From a virus (Duplodnaviria; Caudoviricetes): a stretch of DNA of 64,000 bases. The stretch lies in the IMG/VR virus record IMGVR_UViG_3300022173_000064, positions 624 to 64,623 of that record; one strand, 5' to 3'. Positions 25,607 to 34,515 of the stretch are shown here, piece by piece. The notes under the pieces were generated by a model. The model was not told where the DNA came from and did not search any database. It worked only from the letters and a program-made list of their open reading frames with translations. Made by a program: the position numbers and the translations under genes. Numbering within the stretch: the stretch's first letter is position 1; every line of letters begins with the position of its first letter.

Positions 25607-26080
25607 TCACCCAAGCTTGGATGGCCGCCGTCCCGTCGAGCCCGCGGTGCTTGCGGATTTCGAGGAGCCCGGTGACTTTCGATTTGGTATTTTCCTGCTG
25701 CCCTTCGGTGGCCATGCGCTCGTCCTCGCTGTGATGCCGAAACCCTTCGGCTTGATGGTGGCGCGCGGCTTGCGCTTTTTCCTCGGCTTTCCGCCGGTCC
25801 CGCCATATTCCGCATAGAGGCGCGCGGCGATCGCGAACGGGTCCATATTGCGCACGGCCCAAAACCGCTTCTCGTTCTTGTGCTGGCTCTCAGGCCCGTC
25901 GAGATGGCACCATTGGTTGAGCGGGACAGCGAATCGGTCGTCCGGCTTCTTTCCCATGGTGAGGAACCCGATCCGAATGTGAGCCGCCTGACTTCGCGGC
26001 GGACGCCCGCACCCGCAGCAACACGGCTTCTGACGCAGAAATTCAAGAAAACCGTCATCGTGCAGGCGCGGGCGACTCAC
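25607..26080 (-). CDS. DUF968-like HNH/Zn protein
   Basis: FLEFLRQKPCCCGCG..QAAHIR..MGKKPDDRFAVPL..CH..SQH signature; GTGA coupling. Confidence 0.7.
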   Translation of the reverse strand: MSRPRLHDDGFLEFLRQKPCCCGCGRPPRSQAAHIRIGFLTMGKKPDDRFAVPLNQWCHLDGPESQHKNEKRFWAVRNMDPFAIAARLYAEYGGTGGKPRKKRKPRATIKPKGFGITARTSAWPPKGSRKIPNRKSPGSSKSASTAGSTGRRPSKLG

Positions 26081-26205
26081 CCCAGCCATCCCGTTGCAAT
26101 GCCGAAGCCGATGACGGCCGCGACCAAGATGGTGTAAGAGCCATATTCGGCGACCTTGCAGCCGACATAGGCCAGCGCGTCGAGCGCGTTCGGTTCTCGG
26201 TTCAT
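26077..26205 (-). CDS. Small single-TM protein
   Basis: GGGAGG SD; C-terminal hydrophobic helix. Confidence 0.45.
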   Translation of the reverse strand: MNREPNALDALAYVGCKVAEYGSYTILVAAVIGFGIATGWLG

Positions 26206-26216
26206 GTCGTCCTCCC

Positions 26217-26816
26217 TCATGCGTAGGTGCTGAAATTGTCGGAGCCGTAGACCGGAACGGTGCCGATCATCTTCTCCGGCTTGAGGTAGTAGGCGCGGCC
26301 GCCGCGCGCCCACGGTTGGACCCGGATCGAACCGTCGCCAGCGAGGCAGCGCTTGGCCTCCTCGCGTTCGATGAACTTGCCCGGCAGCGGAATGCAGCGT
26401 CCCGTCATCGTCGATCCGTTTTCGATGGCCTTCGATTTGATCTCGCGGACGGTGACATAGCGGCCCTTCGATTCGATCACTTCGAAATAGTTGACGTTGG
26501 TCTGGTCGTATCCCCACGTCCACTTGAACAGGTCGCCGACCTTGTAAGCGTTGGTGACGGCGGAGCGCTTGGCGCGCTGCTCGGCCTTGGTCGCGAGGTA
26601 GGCCCGGCGGCTCTCGAATGCCACCTTGATCGACTTCTCGCGTTGACCGGCATCGCGGAAGTAGCAGGCAATGATCGCCTTGTTGCACTTGCCGTAGAAC
26701 ACGCGGGCGCAGAGTTGGCCGACGCGATTGGTATAGACAAAGGCGACGGCATCGGACTGCTTGTCGGCGACCTTGATCGCCTGCTTTGGAACCTGCATTT
26801 CTCGGGGAAGCCTCAT
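26217..26816 (-). CDS. First leftward early gene, WGYDQTN-motif protein
   Basis: VGDLFKWTWGYDQTNVNYFEV motif seen in phage/plasmid early proteins; AGGAG SD behind strong promoter. Confidence 0.6.
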   Translation of the reverse strand: MRLPREMQVPKQAIKVADKQSDAVAFVYTNRVGQLCARVFYGKCNKAIIACYFRDAGQREKSIKVAFESRRAYLATKAEQRAKRSAVTNAYKVGDLFKWTWGYDQTNVNYFEVIESKGRYVTVREIKSKAIENGSTMTGRCIPLPGKFIEREEAKRCLAGDGSIRVQPWARGGRAYYLKPEKMIGTVPVYGSDNFSTYA

Positions 26817-26862
26817 TTTTATCTCCTCTCGGGGCGAGCCACAATCGGCTCCGACAATTCAA

Positions 26863-26891
26863 AATCTAGGGGCGGTTTTTCGACCTGTCAA
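26863..26891 (-). promoter_or_regulatory. Leftward early promoter TTGACA-N17-TAGATT
   Basis: Near-consensus hexamers followed by hairpin leader and SD. Confidence 0.75.
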
Positions 26892-26899
26892 CAACAAAG

Positions 26900-26928
26900 T
26901 TGACGCCGGTTGAAAATATGTTTAAGAC
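26900..26928 (+). promoter_or_regulatory. Rightward promoter TTGACG-N17-TAAGAC, probably giving a leaderless mRNA
   Basis: ATG at 26934 lies 5 nt after the -10; no SD; -35 is one arm of the GTCAAC-N6-GTTGAC palindrome. Confidence 0.55.
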
Positions 26929-26933
26929 GGCGC

Positions 26934-27263
26934 ATGGCAAAAAAACAGACCAATTTCGAGCGGGTTATGGCGGCGGTCGCAGCCAAATACCGGGAGGAGC
27001 GCGGGACCGAGGTCGGTGTGATGACCTGGCTCGCCACGGGAATCGGCGTGCAGAAGCAGGCCATGACCAATTTCAAGAACCGGGGCCGGTTCCCCGACGG
27101 CTATCTGGCAAAGATCAGCAAATTCACCAAGATACCGGTTCCGGAACTGCAGGGCGACCCGACGGACGAAATCGTGGATTTGTCCCGGAGGTGGCGCATG
27201 TCGGTCCGGGATACCGAGATCGCGCTGATCCGCGTCGGGCTCGACCACACCATCAGGAAGTGA
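26934..27263 (+). CDS. Cro-like HTH regulator
   Basis: WLATGIGVQKQAMTNFKNRGRFP..LAKISKFTKIPVPEL; first rightward gene at the divergence point. Confidence 0.65.
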   Translation: MAKKQTNFERVMAAVAAKYREERGTEVGVMTWLATGIGVQKQAMTNFKNRGRFPDGYLAKISKFTKIPVPELQGDPTDEIVDLSRRWRMSVRDTEIALIRVGLDHTIRK

Positions 27264-27284
27264 ACGCCAGCAAAAGGAGCACCC

Positions 27285-27947
27285 ATGGCGAAGGCAGCGA
27301 AGAAGGCAAAACCGACGGCACCGAAAGGGCCGAAGAAAGAGCGAAAACCCCGGGAAAAGAAGGCTGACGCGGCGGCTCCGGCTAAAATGCCCGCATCTGC
27401 GATCGGTCACAATCTGGGCGTCGATCCCGACAAGCGCGAGTTATTCCTGTCCGACCTGCGCAAATGGCAGGCGCTGGACAAGGCCGCAAAGAGCGCCAGC
27501 GCCAAGCGCCGCGCGTTCGAGAAGGAGATCAAGTCGGACGGTTTCCTGCTCGACCAGATCCACCTTGCGGACAAGCTGGGGACACCGGAGGGCGAGGAAG
27601 AATTCCGGATGCACACCGCCAACATGCTTATTGCGGCGCAATACGTCGGCGCCGAGATCGGCACCCAGCTCAGCCTGTTTCTCGAACCGTCGCGCGTTCC
27701 GGCCGTAGATTTGGCATATGACTCCGGTGTTCAAGACAGTATCGAGGGAAAAACCGCGAAGCCTGGCTTCGATCCATCGACCGAGCAGTTTCGCCGGTAC
27801 ATGGCCGGATATAACGACGAAACCGAGCGCCGGATCAAAAAGGGCATCGGATCGGACGTGAAGCCGAACCCGAAGCGCGAGGACGTGCTGGCGGCCGCCC
27901 GTGAAGCGAATGAATTGCCGGTCCCGCCGGCCGCAAAGTTCAACTGA
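27285..27947 (+). CDS. GapR/DUF2312-like DNA-binding protein with RMF-like C-terminal motif
   Basis: IGHN then helical ..EKEIKSDGF..; later AYDSG..G....P..YMAGY; Lys-rich N-tail. Confidence 0.5.
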   Translation: MAKAAKKAKPTAPKGPKKERKPREKKADAAAPAKMPASAIGHNLGVDPDKRELFLSDLRKWQALDKAAKSASAKRRAFEKEIKSDGFLLDQIHLADKLGTPEGEEEFRMHTANMLIAAQYVGAEIGTQLSLFLEPSRVPAVDLAYDSGVQDSIEGKTAKPGFDPSTEQFRRYMAGYNDETERRIKKGIGSDVKPNPKREDVLAAAREANELPVPPAAKFN

Positions 27948-28444
27948 TGGACCTGATGGCCGCCGATCCAGGTTTGAGCGGCGGCCTGTGCTTTGTTCGG
28001 GATGGGAAGGTGGTCGAATTGCTCGACATGCCGACCCTCCCGGACGGGTCCAATCGTCAGGTCGACGTCAACGCGGTTTGTCGGCGGATCGACAAGTGGA
28101 AGCCGCGGCACTGCATCATCGAGAACGTGCAGCCCATGCCGTCTATACCTGGCGCCAATGGCGTCCGGCGCGGGATGGGCGCTGCGTCGTCTTTCCGGTT
28201 TGGCTTCGCTGTGGGGCAAATACGGGCCGTGGCGGTATGCTACGGGATGGAGGTCCGGCTGGTCCACCCTCAATCCTGGAAGCGATGGGCGGGGCTGAAA
28301 GGCTCCGACAAAGAGCAATCGCGGATGAAGGCGCTGGAACTGGTGCCGTCGGCGGTGCCGTGGCTGGGGCTGAAAAAACATCACAACAGGGCCGAGGCGC
28401 TGCTGCTGGCGCTGTACGGGCTGGATTCTATAGGAATGCTTTGA
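27947..28444 (+). CDS. RuvC-like Holliday junction resolvase
   Basis: ADPGLSGG, IIENV, SSFRFG, PQSWKR, NRAEALL catalytic motifs. Confidence 0.85.
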   Translation: MDLMAADPGLSGGLCFVRDGKVVELLDMPTLPDGSNRQVDVNAVCRRIDKWKPRHCIIENVQPMPSIPGANGVRRGMGAASSFRFGFAVGQIRAVAVCYGMEVRLVHPQSWKRWAGLKGSDKEQSRMKALELVPSAVPWLGLKKHHNRAEALLLALYGLDSIGML

Positions 28445-29034
28445 TGGGCGATTTGGCATCCGGCGCCGGCGACAAGCGGCACGCGGTAAAGGTCCGCAAG
28501 GATGACCTATACGAGACGCCGCCGGAGGCCGTCCGCGCACTGCTGCGGGCTGAGGATTTGCCGGACGTGATCTGGGAGCCTGCATGCGGTCCGGGATCAA
28601 TCGTGCGTGTGCTGCGCGCCACCGGGCGGCAGGTTTACGCCACGGATCTGGTCGACTACGAATCGCAGGACCAAGACGCGGCCGGATGGGATTTTCTGAT
28701 GGAAACCCAATTGCCGATCGGCGTGCAGGCGATCGTATCTAACCCGCCGTTCAAAAACGGAGCGGAATTCGTCGCCAAAGGACTCGCGTTGTGTCCGCGG
28801 GTAGTGATGCTGCTGCGGTTGGCGTTTCTCGAAAGCGCAGCGCGGTCCGATATCCTCGACGGCGGCCAGCTTGCGCGCGTTCATGTGTTCCGAAACCGGC
28901 TGCCCATGATGCACCGGGACGGCTGGGATGGCCCGAAATCGACGAACACGATGGCGTTCGCTTGGTTTGTCTGGGATCGAAACTGCATCGGGCCGACGGT
29001 GCTAAACCGTATCTCGTGGGACCGGGAGCCGTAG
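28444..29034 (+). CDS. Orphan DNA N6-adenine (amino) methyltransferase
   Basis: DDLYETP, WEPACGPG (motif I), IVSNPPF (motif IV), LLRLAFLES, FAWFVW. Confidence 0.8.
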   Translation: MGDLASGAGDKRHAVKVRKDDLYETPPEAVRALLRAEDLPDVIWEPACGPGSIVRVLRATGRQVYATDLVDYESQDQDAAGWDFLMETQLPIGVQAIVSNPPFKNGAEFVAKGLALCPRVVMLLRLAFLESAARSDILDGGQLARVHVFRNRLPMMHRDGWDGPKSTNTMAFAWFVWDRNCIGPTVLNRISWDREP

Positions 29035-29052
29035 CCGCTACCGGTTGCGGTA

Positions 29053-29120
29053 TTGACTCCTAGCCCGACTCGCTCGTACAAAAAGCAACGGCCCCCGCGA
29101 CTGGACGAAGCGGAGGCCGT
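29053..29120 (+). promoter_or_regulatory. Putative promoter TTGACT-N18-TACAAA followed by GC-rich hairpin
   Basis: Hairpin ACGGCC..CCGC/GCGG..GGCCGT at 29088-29120 in a long non-coding stretch. Confidence 0.4.
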
Positions 29121-29463
29121 AAACTAAAGACCGAGATACCTTGCACGGGATCGGTCAGGAATTGAGAAATAGGCAATTTACGCCGTTTCGTCAACCCACC
29201 TGACAATCCCGCCACAGCATTTCGGTTCCATAGGCCAGCCCGTCCACCGGGACTGGACCCTGCGAGCCTAGCCATGGTTGTTGCGGGTGTTCCAAGCCAA
29301 AATTCACCAAAAGGAAGCTGGCAGTCCGCTGACCAGCACGAACGGTCCCTTTGCCCGATCAGGGGGATTCGATCCACCGCCGCATGAGGCCAGAGAGTGT
29401 CCCGACAGAGCGACCCCGGGACGATACTCCTAGATCGGGTGCCGACGATCGGTACTTTTTCCG

Positions 29464-29781
29464 GTGGGTGAGGTGCCTCTGCTCGGTAGCTTTTTTGCCA
29501 AGAGGCAAAAAACCCACGTGTGTAAGAAAGGAAGGGCTAGGCAGATGAAGGAAGATGAACTCAAGGCCGCCACATCGCGGCTTAGTCGAGCGGCCAAGGA
29601 GGAAATGGCCAAGTGGAAACGGGAGAAGGGGATAAAGGCGATCTTGCCAAAGACAGCAAACCAGAAGGCTGAAATGCGTCGATACAATCGGACCGCGCGA
29701 ACCCTTGATAGGCACGAAATGCGGAAAATATCGCACGGTGCCGCGAGCGAGGTGCGCGTAATTAAACCGGAGGATTTGTGA
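29464..29781 (+). CDS. Basic hypothetical protein (start uncertain)
   Basis: Lys/Arg-rich helical ORF; stop coupled to next gene. Confidence 0.45.
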   Translation: MGEVPLLGSFFAKRQKTHVCKKGRARQMKEDELKAATSRLSRAAKEEMAKWKREKGIKAILPKTANQKAEMRRYNRTARTLDRHEMRKISHGAASEVRVIKPEDL

Positions 29782-30011
29782 TGCGCGAACGAAACGAGGA
29801 TTACCTGGCCCGGAAGCGATACCGCGACAACAAGCGGAAGCGGGAGAATCGCGCCAAGGAACGGGCTGCGAGGGCGCCGGTCGCGGCTCCGGTGACGTTC
29901 AAGCCGAACCGCCACACGATGGTATTCCGCCGTCCGGTCGAGATGACGAAGGCGGAGATGTACGAGATGTTCGCCACGGCGGCGGCAAACACGGCGGCGC
30001 TGGCCACATGA
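29778..30011 (+). CDS. Basic hypothetical protein
   Basis: GGAGG SD; coupled to dnaB (ATGA). Confidence 0.5.
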   Translation: MMRERNEDYLARKRYRDNKRKRENRAKERAARAPVAAPVTFKPNRHTMVFRRPVEMTKAEMYEMFATAAANTAALAT

Positions 30012-31429
30012 AGGTCGGCGAGGACCATAATTTGGAGTGCGAGCAGGCCCTGCTCGGCGCCATCCTGTTGAACAATGACGCCTATCACCGGATTGAGGAT
30101 ATCCTGGAGCCGAGACATTTTTTTGAGCCGATCCACAGGACAATATGGGAAATCTGCGGGCAATTGATCTCGGCCGGGAAACTGGCTGACCCGATTACGA
30201 TGCGGACATTCTTGCCGGCGGACGTGAAGATCGGCGACATGACGGCCCGGGTGTATCTGGCGCAGCTGGCGGCCTCGGCGGTGACGATCATCAACGCGCC
30301 GGACTTTGCCAGGGTGATTCGCGACCTCGGGGACCATCGGGACATTGCAGACCTCGCCCGGCAGGTGCAGGAGCAGGATGGGACGGCGGACCCGTCTGAC
30401 CTGGCGGCATGGGCGATCGATGGGCTGGACGGCATCGTGGCGGCGCGGACGATCGGGCAAGTGCCATCCCTGACCCTGCAGGCGTCCGTGGTGCGCGCGG
30501 TCGACGCGGCCGCCAAGGCCTACCAGAGCGACGGTGCGCTAACCGGGATGAGCTATGGGCTGCGGGATCTGGACCGCAAGACGTCCGGACTATCCAAAGG
30601 GGAGTTGACGATCCTCGCTGGCCGGCCGGGGATGTTCAAGACCGGTGCCGCGCTGAATTTCTCCCGGGCGCTGTGCCAGGATGGACACAAAGGGGTGTTT
30701 TTCAGCCTCGAGATGGGCGACGTTTCGCTGAGCCGGCGGCTGATCTCGGATATGCTTTTCAATCAATACGAACTGCCGCACTTTCGGATGAAGTCCGGAA
30801 AGATCAACGAGAGCGATTTTACGCGGATTCGGGACGCCTCGGACGATCTGGCAAAACTGCAGTTGCGGATTGAACAGCAATCGGGGCTTTCGATCTCCCA
30901 AATATCCGCTCGATCTCGACAAATGAAGCGGCGCCACGGGCTGGATTTCATCGTGGTCGACCACATGGGCCACGTCCAGGCGAGCGACCGGTACCGCGGC
31001 AGCAAGGTCAATGAGGTTGGGGAAATCTCCTCGGGACTGCTGAGGCTGGCGCGCGAGCTCGACGTGGCGGTGGTCGCGCTGGCGCAGTTGTCGCGGGGTG
31101 TGGAAAGCCGGGAGAACAAGCGGCCGACCATTTCCGACCTGCGGGATTCCGGTAACATCGAGCAGGACGCCGCGACGGTGCTGCTGCTGTACCGGGAAGC
31201 CTACTATCTGCAAAACGCGGAGCCGCGCGTCGGCACGGCCGAATACGAGGTTTGGCAGATGCAGATGGAGAAGTGCATCAACGATCTGGAAATCATCATC
31301 GGCAAGCAGCGGGACGGCGCGACCGGGACGGTGCGGTGCCATGTCGACGTGACGTGCAACGCGGTGCGCGATCAGGGATGGTCGCGCGAGACGTGGCCGG
31401 ACGCAATGGATGAACGATTCGCATTCTAA
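30008..31429 (+). CDS. dnaB: DnaB-like replicative helicase (variant Walker A GRPGMFKT)
   Basis: EQALLGAILLNN, FSLEM, FIVVDH, LAQLSRGVESRENKRPTISDLRDSGNIEQDA, KQRDG. Confidence 0.93.
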   Translation: MKVGEDHNLECEQALLGAILLNNDAYHRIEDILEPRHFFEPIHRTIWEICGQLISAGKLADPITMRTFLPADVKIGDMTARVYLAQLAASAVTIINAPDFARVIRDLGDHRDIADLARQVQEQDGTADPSDLAAWAIDGLDGIVAARTIGQVPSLTLQASVVRAVDAAAKAYQSDGALTGMSYGLRDLDRKTSGLSKGELTILAGRPGMFKTGAALNFSRALCQDGHKGVFFSLEMGDVSLSRRLISDMLFNQYELPHFRMKSGKINESDFTRIRDASDDLAKLQLRIEQQSGLSISQISARSRQMKRRHGLDFIVVDHMGHVQASDRYRGSKVNEVGEISSGLLRLARELDVAVVALAQLSRGVESRENKRPTISDLRDSGNIEQDAATVLLLYREAYYLQNAEPRVGTAEYEVWQMQMEKCINDLEIIIGKQRDGATGTVRCHVDVTCNAVRDQGWSRETWPDAMDERFAF

Positions 31430-31443
31430 ACAGGGAGCATCAC

Positions 31444-31875
31444 ATGACCGCCATGCTATTCGAATTCCCCGAGCCTGCCCGCCGCCGTCCCGCAAAGCCA
31501 AAGAAGGAACCGGCCAGCACCTACACCGAGGAGTTTGAGGCATTCTGGATGGGCTACCCGCGCAAGCTGAATTGCTCAAAGTTCGAGGCGTCGAAATCAT
31601 GGGCAAAGTTGCCGGCTGAGATGCAGGCCCAGGCGCTGGCGGTGCTGCCCATATTCGCCCGTATGATGTCCGGAAAGGACGAGCAATTCATCTGCCACGC
31701 CGCGACATGGCTCAATCAGCGGAGATTTGAGACGATCGTGGTGCCGCCGACGGTACCCTCTGCACCCATGCAGATCGATTGGCCGGCCGCGCTGAAAATC
31801 TACCGGGCGACGGGACGATGGAATCGGGAATTCGGGCCGGAGCCGGGGCAACCGGGATGCAGGGCTCCGACATGA
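31444..31875 (+). CDS. Replication initiator C-terminal-like domain protein
   Basis: EFEAFWMGYPRK..SWAKL..CHAATWLNQRRFE motif of phage replication organiser C-termini. Confidence 0.65.
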   Translation: MTAMLFEFPEPARRRPAKPKKEPASTYTEEFEAFWMGYPRKLNCSKFEASKSWAKLPAEMQAQALAVLPIFARMMSGKDEQFICHAATWLNQRRFETIVVPPTVPSAPMQIDWPAALKIYRATGRWNREFGPEPGQPGCRAPT

Positions 31876-32723
31876 AACCGCTGGCGATCGACCTTTTCTG
31901 CGGCTTGGGCGGCTGGACTGACGGCCTGATTGCCGAAGGCTACGACGTGATCGGGTTCGATATCGAGCGGCATGTCTACGGCGACCATAGATACCCGGCG
32001 CAGCTCGTGGTGCAGGACGTGACCACCCTGCACGGCTCGCAATTCAAGACGGCAGACCTGATCGTCGCCTCCCCGCCCTGCCAGGAATACAGCTACATGG
32101 CGATGCCGTGGTCGCTTGCGAAGGCCAAGGCCGCCGCGATCCGCGCGGACACGACAGGGAAGGCGCTGGCTGATCTAAACCGGCTGTTCGACGCATGTTT
32201 CCGCATCCAGAAAGAGGCCAGCATCGCGGCCGGGAGGCATGTCCCGATGGTGGTCGAGAACGTCCGCGGCGCGATCCCGTGGGTCGGGCGCAGCCGGTGG
32301 AATTTTGGCAGCTTTCACCTTTGGGGCGACGTGCCGGCATTGATGCCGGTGACGGCCAAGGCTATCAATGTTCCGACGATGGGCGCGGGCTGGTATCCGC
32401 CTGGGCACCCAAAGCACGTTCCCGGGCTCGGGTTCAATACGCACGCCGAGCGGCACACCAAAAACAACGGCGGATCGTGGTTCAACATCGCTCACAACAC
32501 CACAAGCGGGAAGGGGCAAAATCCTGATGGGAGAAAGCTACCCGGACGTGGGAAAGAGGGTTGGTTTGGTGACTATTCCGAGCAGAAGGCAAATGGGACG
32601 GTTTCGCCAGGGAGATTACACGGGAAAAATCACCCCGGCCGCAAGATGGCCAGCGCCATGATCGCAAAAATACCGCTGCCGCTATCCCGCCATATCGCGG
32701 CGACTTTTCTTCGGGGTGCGTAA
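31872..32723 (+). CDS. Orphan C5 cytosine DNA methyltransferase
   Basis: IDLFCGLGG (I), SPPCQEYS (IV), VVENV (VI), MIAKIPLPLS (X-like). Confidence 0.85.
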   Translation: MKPLAIDLFCGLGGWTDGLIAEGYDVIGFDIERHVYGDHRYPAQLVVQDVTTLHGSQFKTADLIVASPPCQEYSYMAMPWSLAKAKAAAIRADTTGKALADLNRLFDACFRIQKEASIAAGRHVPMVVENVRGAIPWVGRSRWNFGSFHLWGDVPALMPVTAKAINVPTMGAGWYPPGHPKHVPGLGFNTHAERHTKNNGGSWFNIAHNTTSGKGQNPDGRKLPGRGKEGWFGDYSEQKANGTVSPGRLHGKNHPGRKMASAMIAKIPLPLSRHIAATFLRGA

Positions 32724-32732
32724 ATTAATCAC

Positions 32733-32760
32733 TTGACATAGCTAAAACCGCCATTAGATT
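32733..32760 (+). promoter_or_regulatory. Promoter TTGACA-N16-TAGATT for accessory operon
   Basis: Consensus hexamers followed by a hairpin leader similar to that at 26817-26862. Confidence 0.75.
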
Positions 32761-32808
32761 GAGGTTGTCAGGAGCCGGTAGCGGCTCGCTCAGAGAGAGG
32801 ATGACAAA

Positions 32809-33189
32809 ATGACGTTCCAGACAGAATTCCCGGATTTCCCCGCCGCCGACATGCCGAAGATGCCCGCCGGGTTCAGGGACGATTCGTTCCGGAACGATAC
32901 GTGCCCGTCGTTCGGGAGCGATGTCTTGTGCGTATCTATCTTCGTTGACTATGCCGACGTGGCCATGCGGGAATTCAGCGAAGGCAGCCGGTTCGTCGTC
33001 AAGGCTCTGGATGAAGATGGTTGCTTCACGGAGGACGACGCGCTGATCGCTTCCGACGACTGGAAGGCGGTTCTGGAATTCCTCATCGAACGCGCGCAGG
33101 CCATGATCGCGGCCGAAACCGGATCGGACCAGCCCAAGCTGGACGCGCTCAATATAACTCTCGAACCCATGTTTGAGATGGTGGGCTGA
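32809..33189 (+). CDS. Hypothetical early protein
   Basis: GAGAGG SD; EFPDF..SFRNDTCPSF..FVDYAD motif. Confidence 0.6.
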   Translation: MTFQTEFPDFPAADMPKMPAGFRDDSFRNDTCPSFGSDVLCVSIFVDYADVAMREFSEGSRFVVKALDEDGCFTEDDALIASDDWKAVLEFLIERAQAMIAAETGSDQPKLDALNITLEPMFEMVG

Positions 33190-33193
33190 TCAC

Positions 33194-33394
33194 ATGACCG
33201 CAGTATTCATCGCTCCGACCGAGATCATCGTTTCCGCGATGGCGCCGTCGAAGTATGACCGGCACATTCAGGATTTTCGCTGGCACGCTCGTATGACGGC
33301 GTGGTGTGCCCCGGATTACCTCGCCGATATCGCGGCGCGGCAGGCTGCGAAGCGCGCGGCTGGGATTGGACCGGAGGGGCGGTGCCATGCGTAA
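33194..33394 (+). CDS. Hypothetical protein
   Basis: Coupled small ORF. Confidence 0.4.
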   Translation: MTAVFIAPTEIIVSAMAPSKYDRHIQDFRWHARMTAWCAPDYLADIAARQAAKRAAGIGPEGRCHA

Positions 33395-33731
33395 GATCAC
33401 GGCGGTTGCCGCATTGAGCTTTGCAGGAGGATTTTTCAGCCATTGGCTGGTATCGCTTGCGCTTTTAACCCCGCCCCCGCCCCCACCTTCGGTCGGCAGC
33501 GCCGAAGTATCAGATTTAGTCCGTCGGCTGCTGCCTTTTGTGCAGGATGAAAAATCGGAATATTCGGGCGTCGCCGTTACGTACAGCGGCGGTGGCGTTT
33601 CGATCCGGCTGCGGTTGAAGAATAGGAATGAGTACAACGCCAAATCGGGCACTCTTTCTGGTGCGGTAATGATGCTCACAGCGCCGTCGGACGAAATCAA
33701 GCAAGCCCTCAGCGGGTGGAAATCTCCATGA
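33387..33731 (+). CDS. Membrane-anchored/secreted protein
   Basis: GGAGG SD; hydrophobic N-terminus, Pro6 linker; lower GC. Confidence 0.5.
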   Translation: MRKITAVAALSFAGGFFSHWLVSLALLTPPPPPPSVGSAEVSDLVRRLLPFVQDEKSEYSGVAVTYSGGGVSIRLRLKNRNEYNAKSGTLSGAVMMLTAPSDEIKQALSGWKSP

Positions 33732-33931
33732 GCCGATCATCCATCGAAATGGCGATCGCCGATCGCGTCGGCGCCGCCGAAAAGATCACCTTGGCCGCGC
33801 TCGGCCACGACAACCTGGACGTCGCCATGATGGGCTTTGCCGCCTACTGCGGCGTGATGCTGATTGCGGTCGAGCCGGAGCGGTCGACGATATGGCCGCG
33901 CACCGATACAACCGTGACGGGGCGGAGATGA
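33728..33931 (+). CDS. Hypothetical protein
   Basis: ATGA coupling on both sides. Confidence 0.45.
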   Translation: MSRSSIEMAIADRVGAAEKITLAALGHDNLDVAMMGFAAYCGVMLIAVEPERSTIWPRTDTTVTGRR

Positions 33932-34197
33932 GCCAGAACGGCAGAGCCACCATGACGCCGAACGAGTTCCGAAATATCCGGAAGAAACTCAACCTGACCA
34001 TGGACGATTTCGCCATTGAACTCGGTTACGAGGGAACGCGAACCGGAAACCGGAACACGATCGCCAGGTTTGAGCGCAACAAGCGCCCGATCCCGTTGCC
34101 TGTGGCAAAATTGGCGTGGATGATGGAGCTGCACGGGATTCCGCGGTGGCCGAGGCACCTCGAGGCCGCGCCGGCGCAAGAGACGGTTGATGGATAG
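33928..34197 (+). CDS. XRE-family HTH protein
   Basis: MTPNEFRNIRKKLNLTMDDFAIELG..TIARFERNKRPIP. Confidence 0.75.
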   Translation: MSQNGRATMTPNEFRNIRKKLNLTMDDFAIELGYEGTRTGNRNTIARFERNKRPIPLPVAKLAWMMELHGIPRWPRHLEAAPAQETVDG

Positions 34198-34241
34198 GCA
34201 GTGCTGAAGGGCAACTGAGTACGACAACCAAGGGAGAGTGA

Positions 34242-34463
34242 ATGATGACACGGCAACAACATTTGGATTGGTGCAAGCAGCGCGCAAGCGAATATCTCGC
34301 CAGCGGTGACGTCCAGAACGCCTATGCATCGATGGCGGGCGACCTCAACAAACACCCGGAAACGGAAGGCCACCCGGCCATCCAACTCGGAATGATGATG
34401 ATGATTTCCGGTCATCTGTCATCGGTGCCGGAAATGCGGAAATTCATCGACGGGTTCAACTGA
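34242..34463 (+). CDS. Hypothetical protein
   Basis: GGGAG SD; HLDWCKQRASEYL..SDL/GDLNKHPET pattern. Confidence 0.55.
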   Translation: MMTRQQHLDWCKQRASEYLASGDVQNAYASMAGDLNKHPETEGHPAIQLGMMMMISGHLSSVPEMRKFIDGFN

Positions 34464-34515
34464 CACCCCCGCTCCGGCAACCACACTAGCGAAGACAACC
34501 GACAGGAGAGACACC

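Noticed and set aside
25536-25715. Protein-like alternative-frame ORF (MATEGQQ..) overlapping the DUF968 C-terminus
   Set aside because: No clear SD and overlaps a plausible basic C-terminal tail; cannot be supported without homologs.
27901-28443. N-terminal extension of the adenine MTase ORF
   Set aside because: Overlaps the RuvC-like gene entirely; the true start is the TGATG-coupled ATG at 28444.
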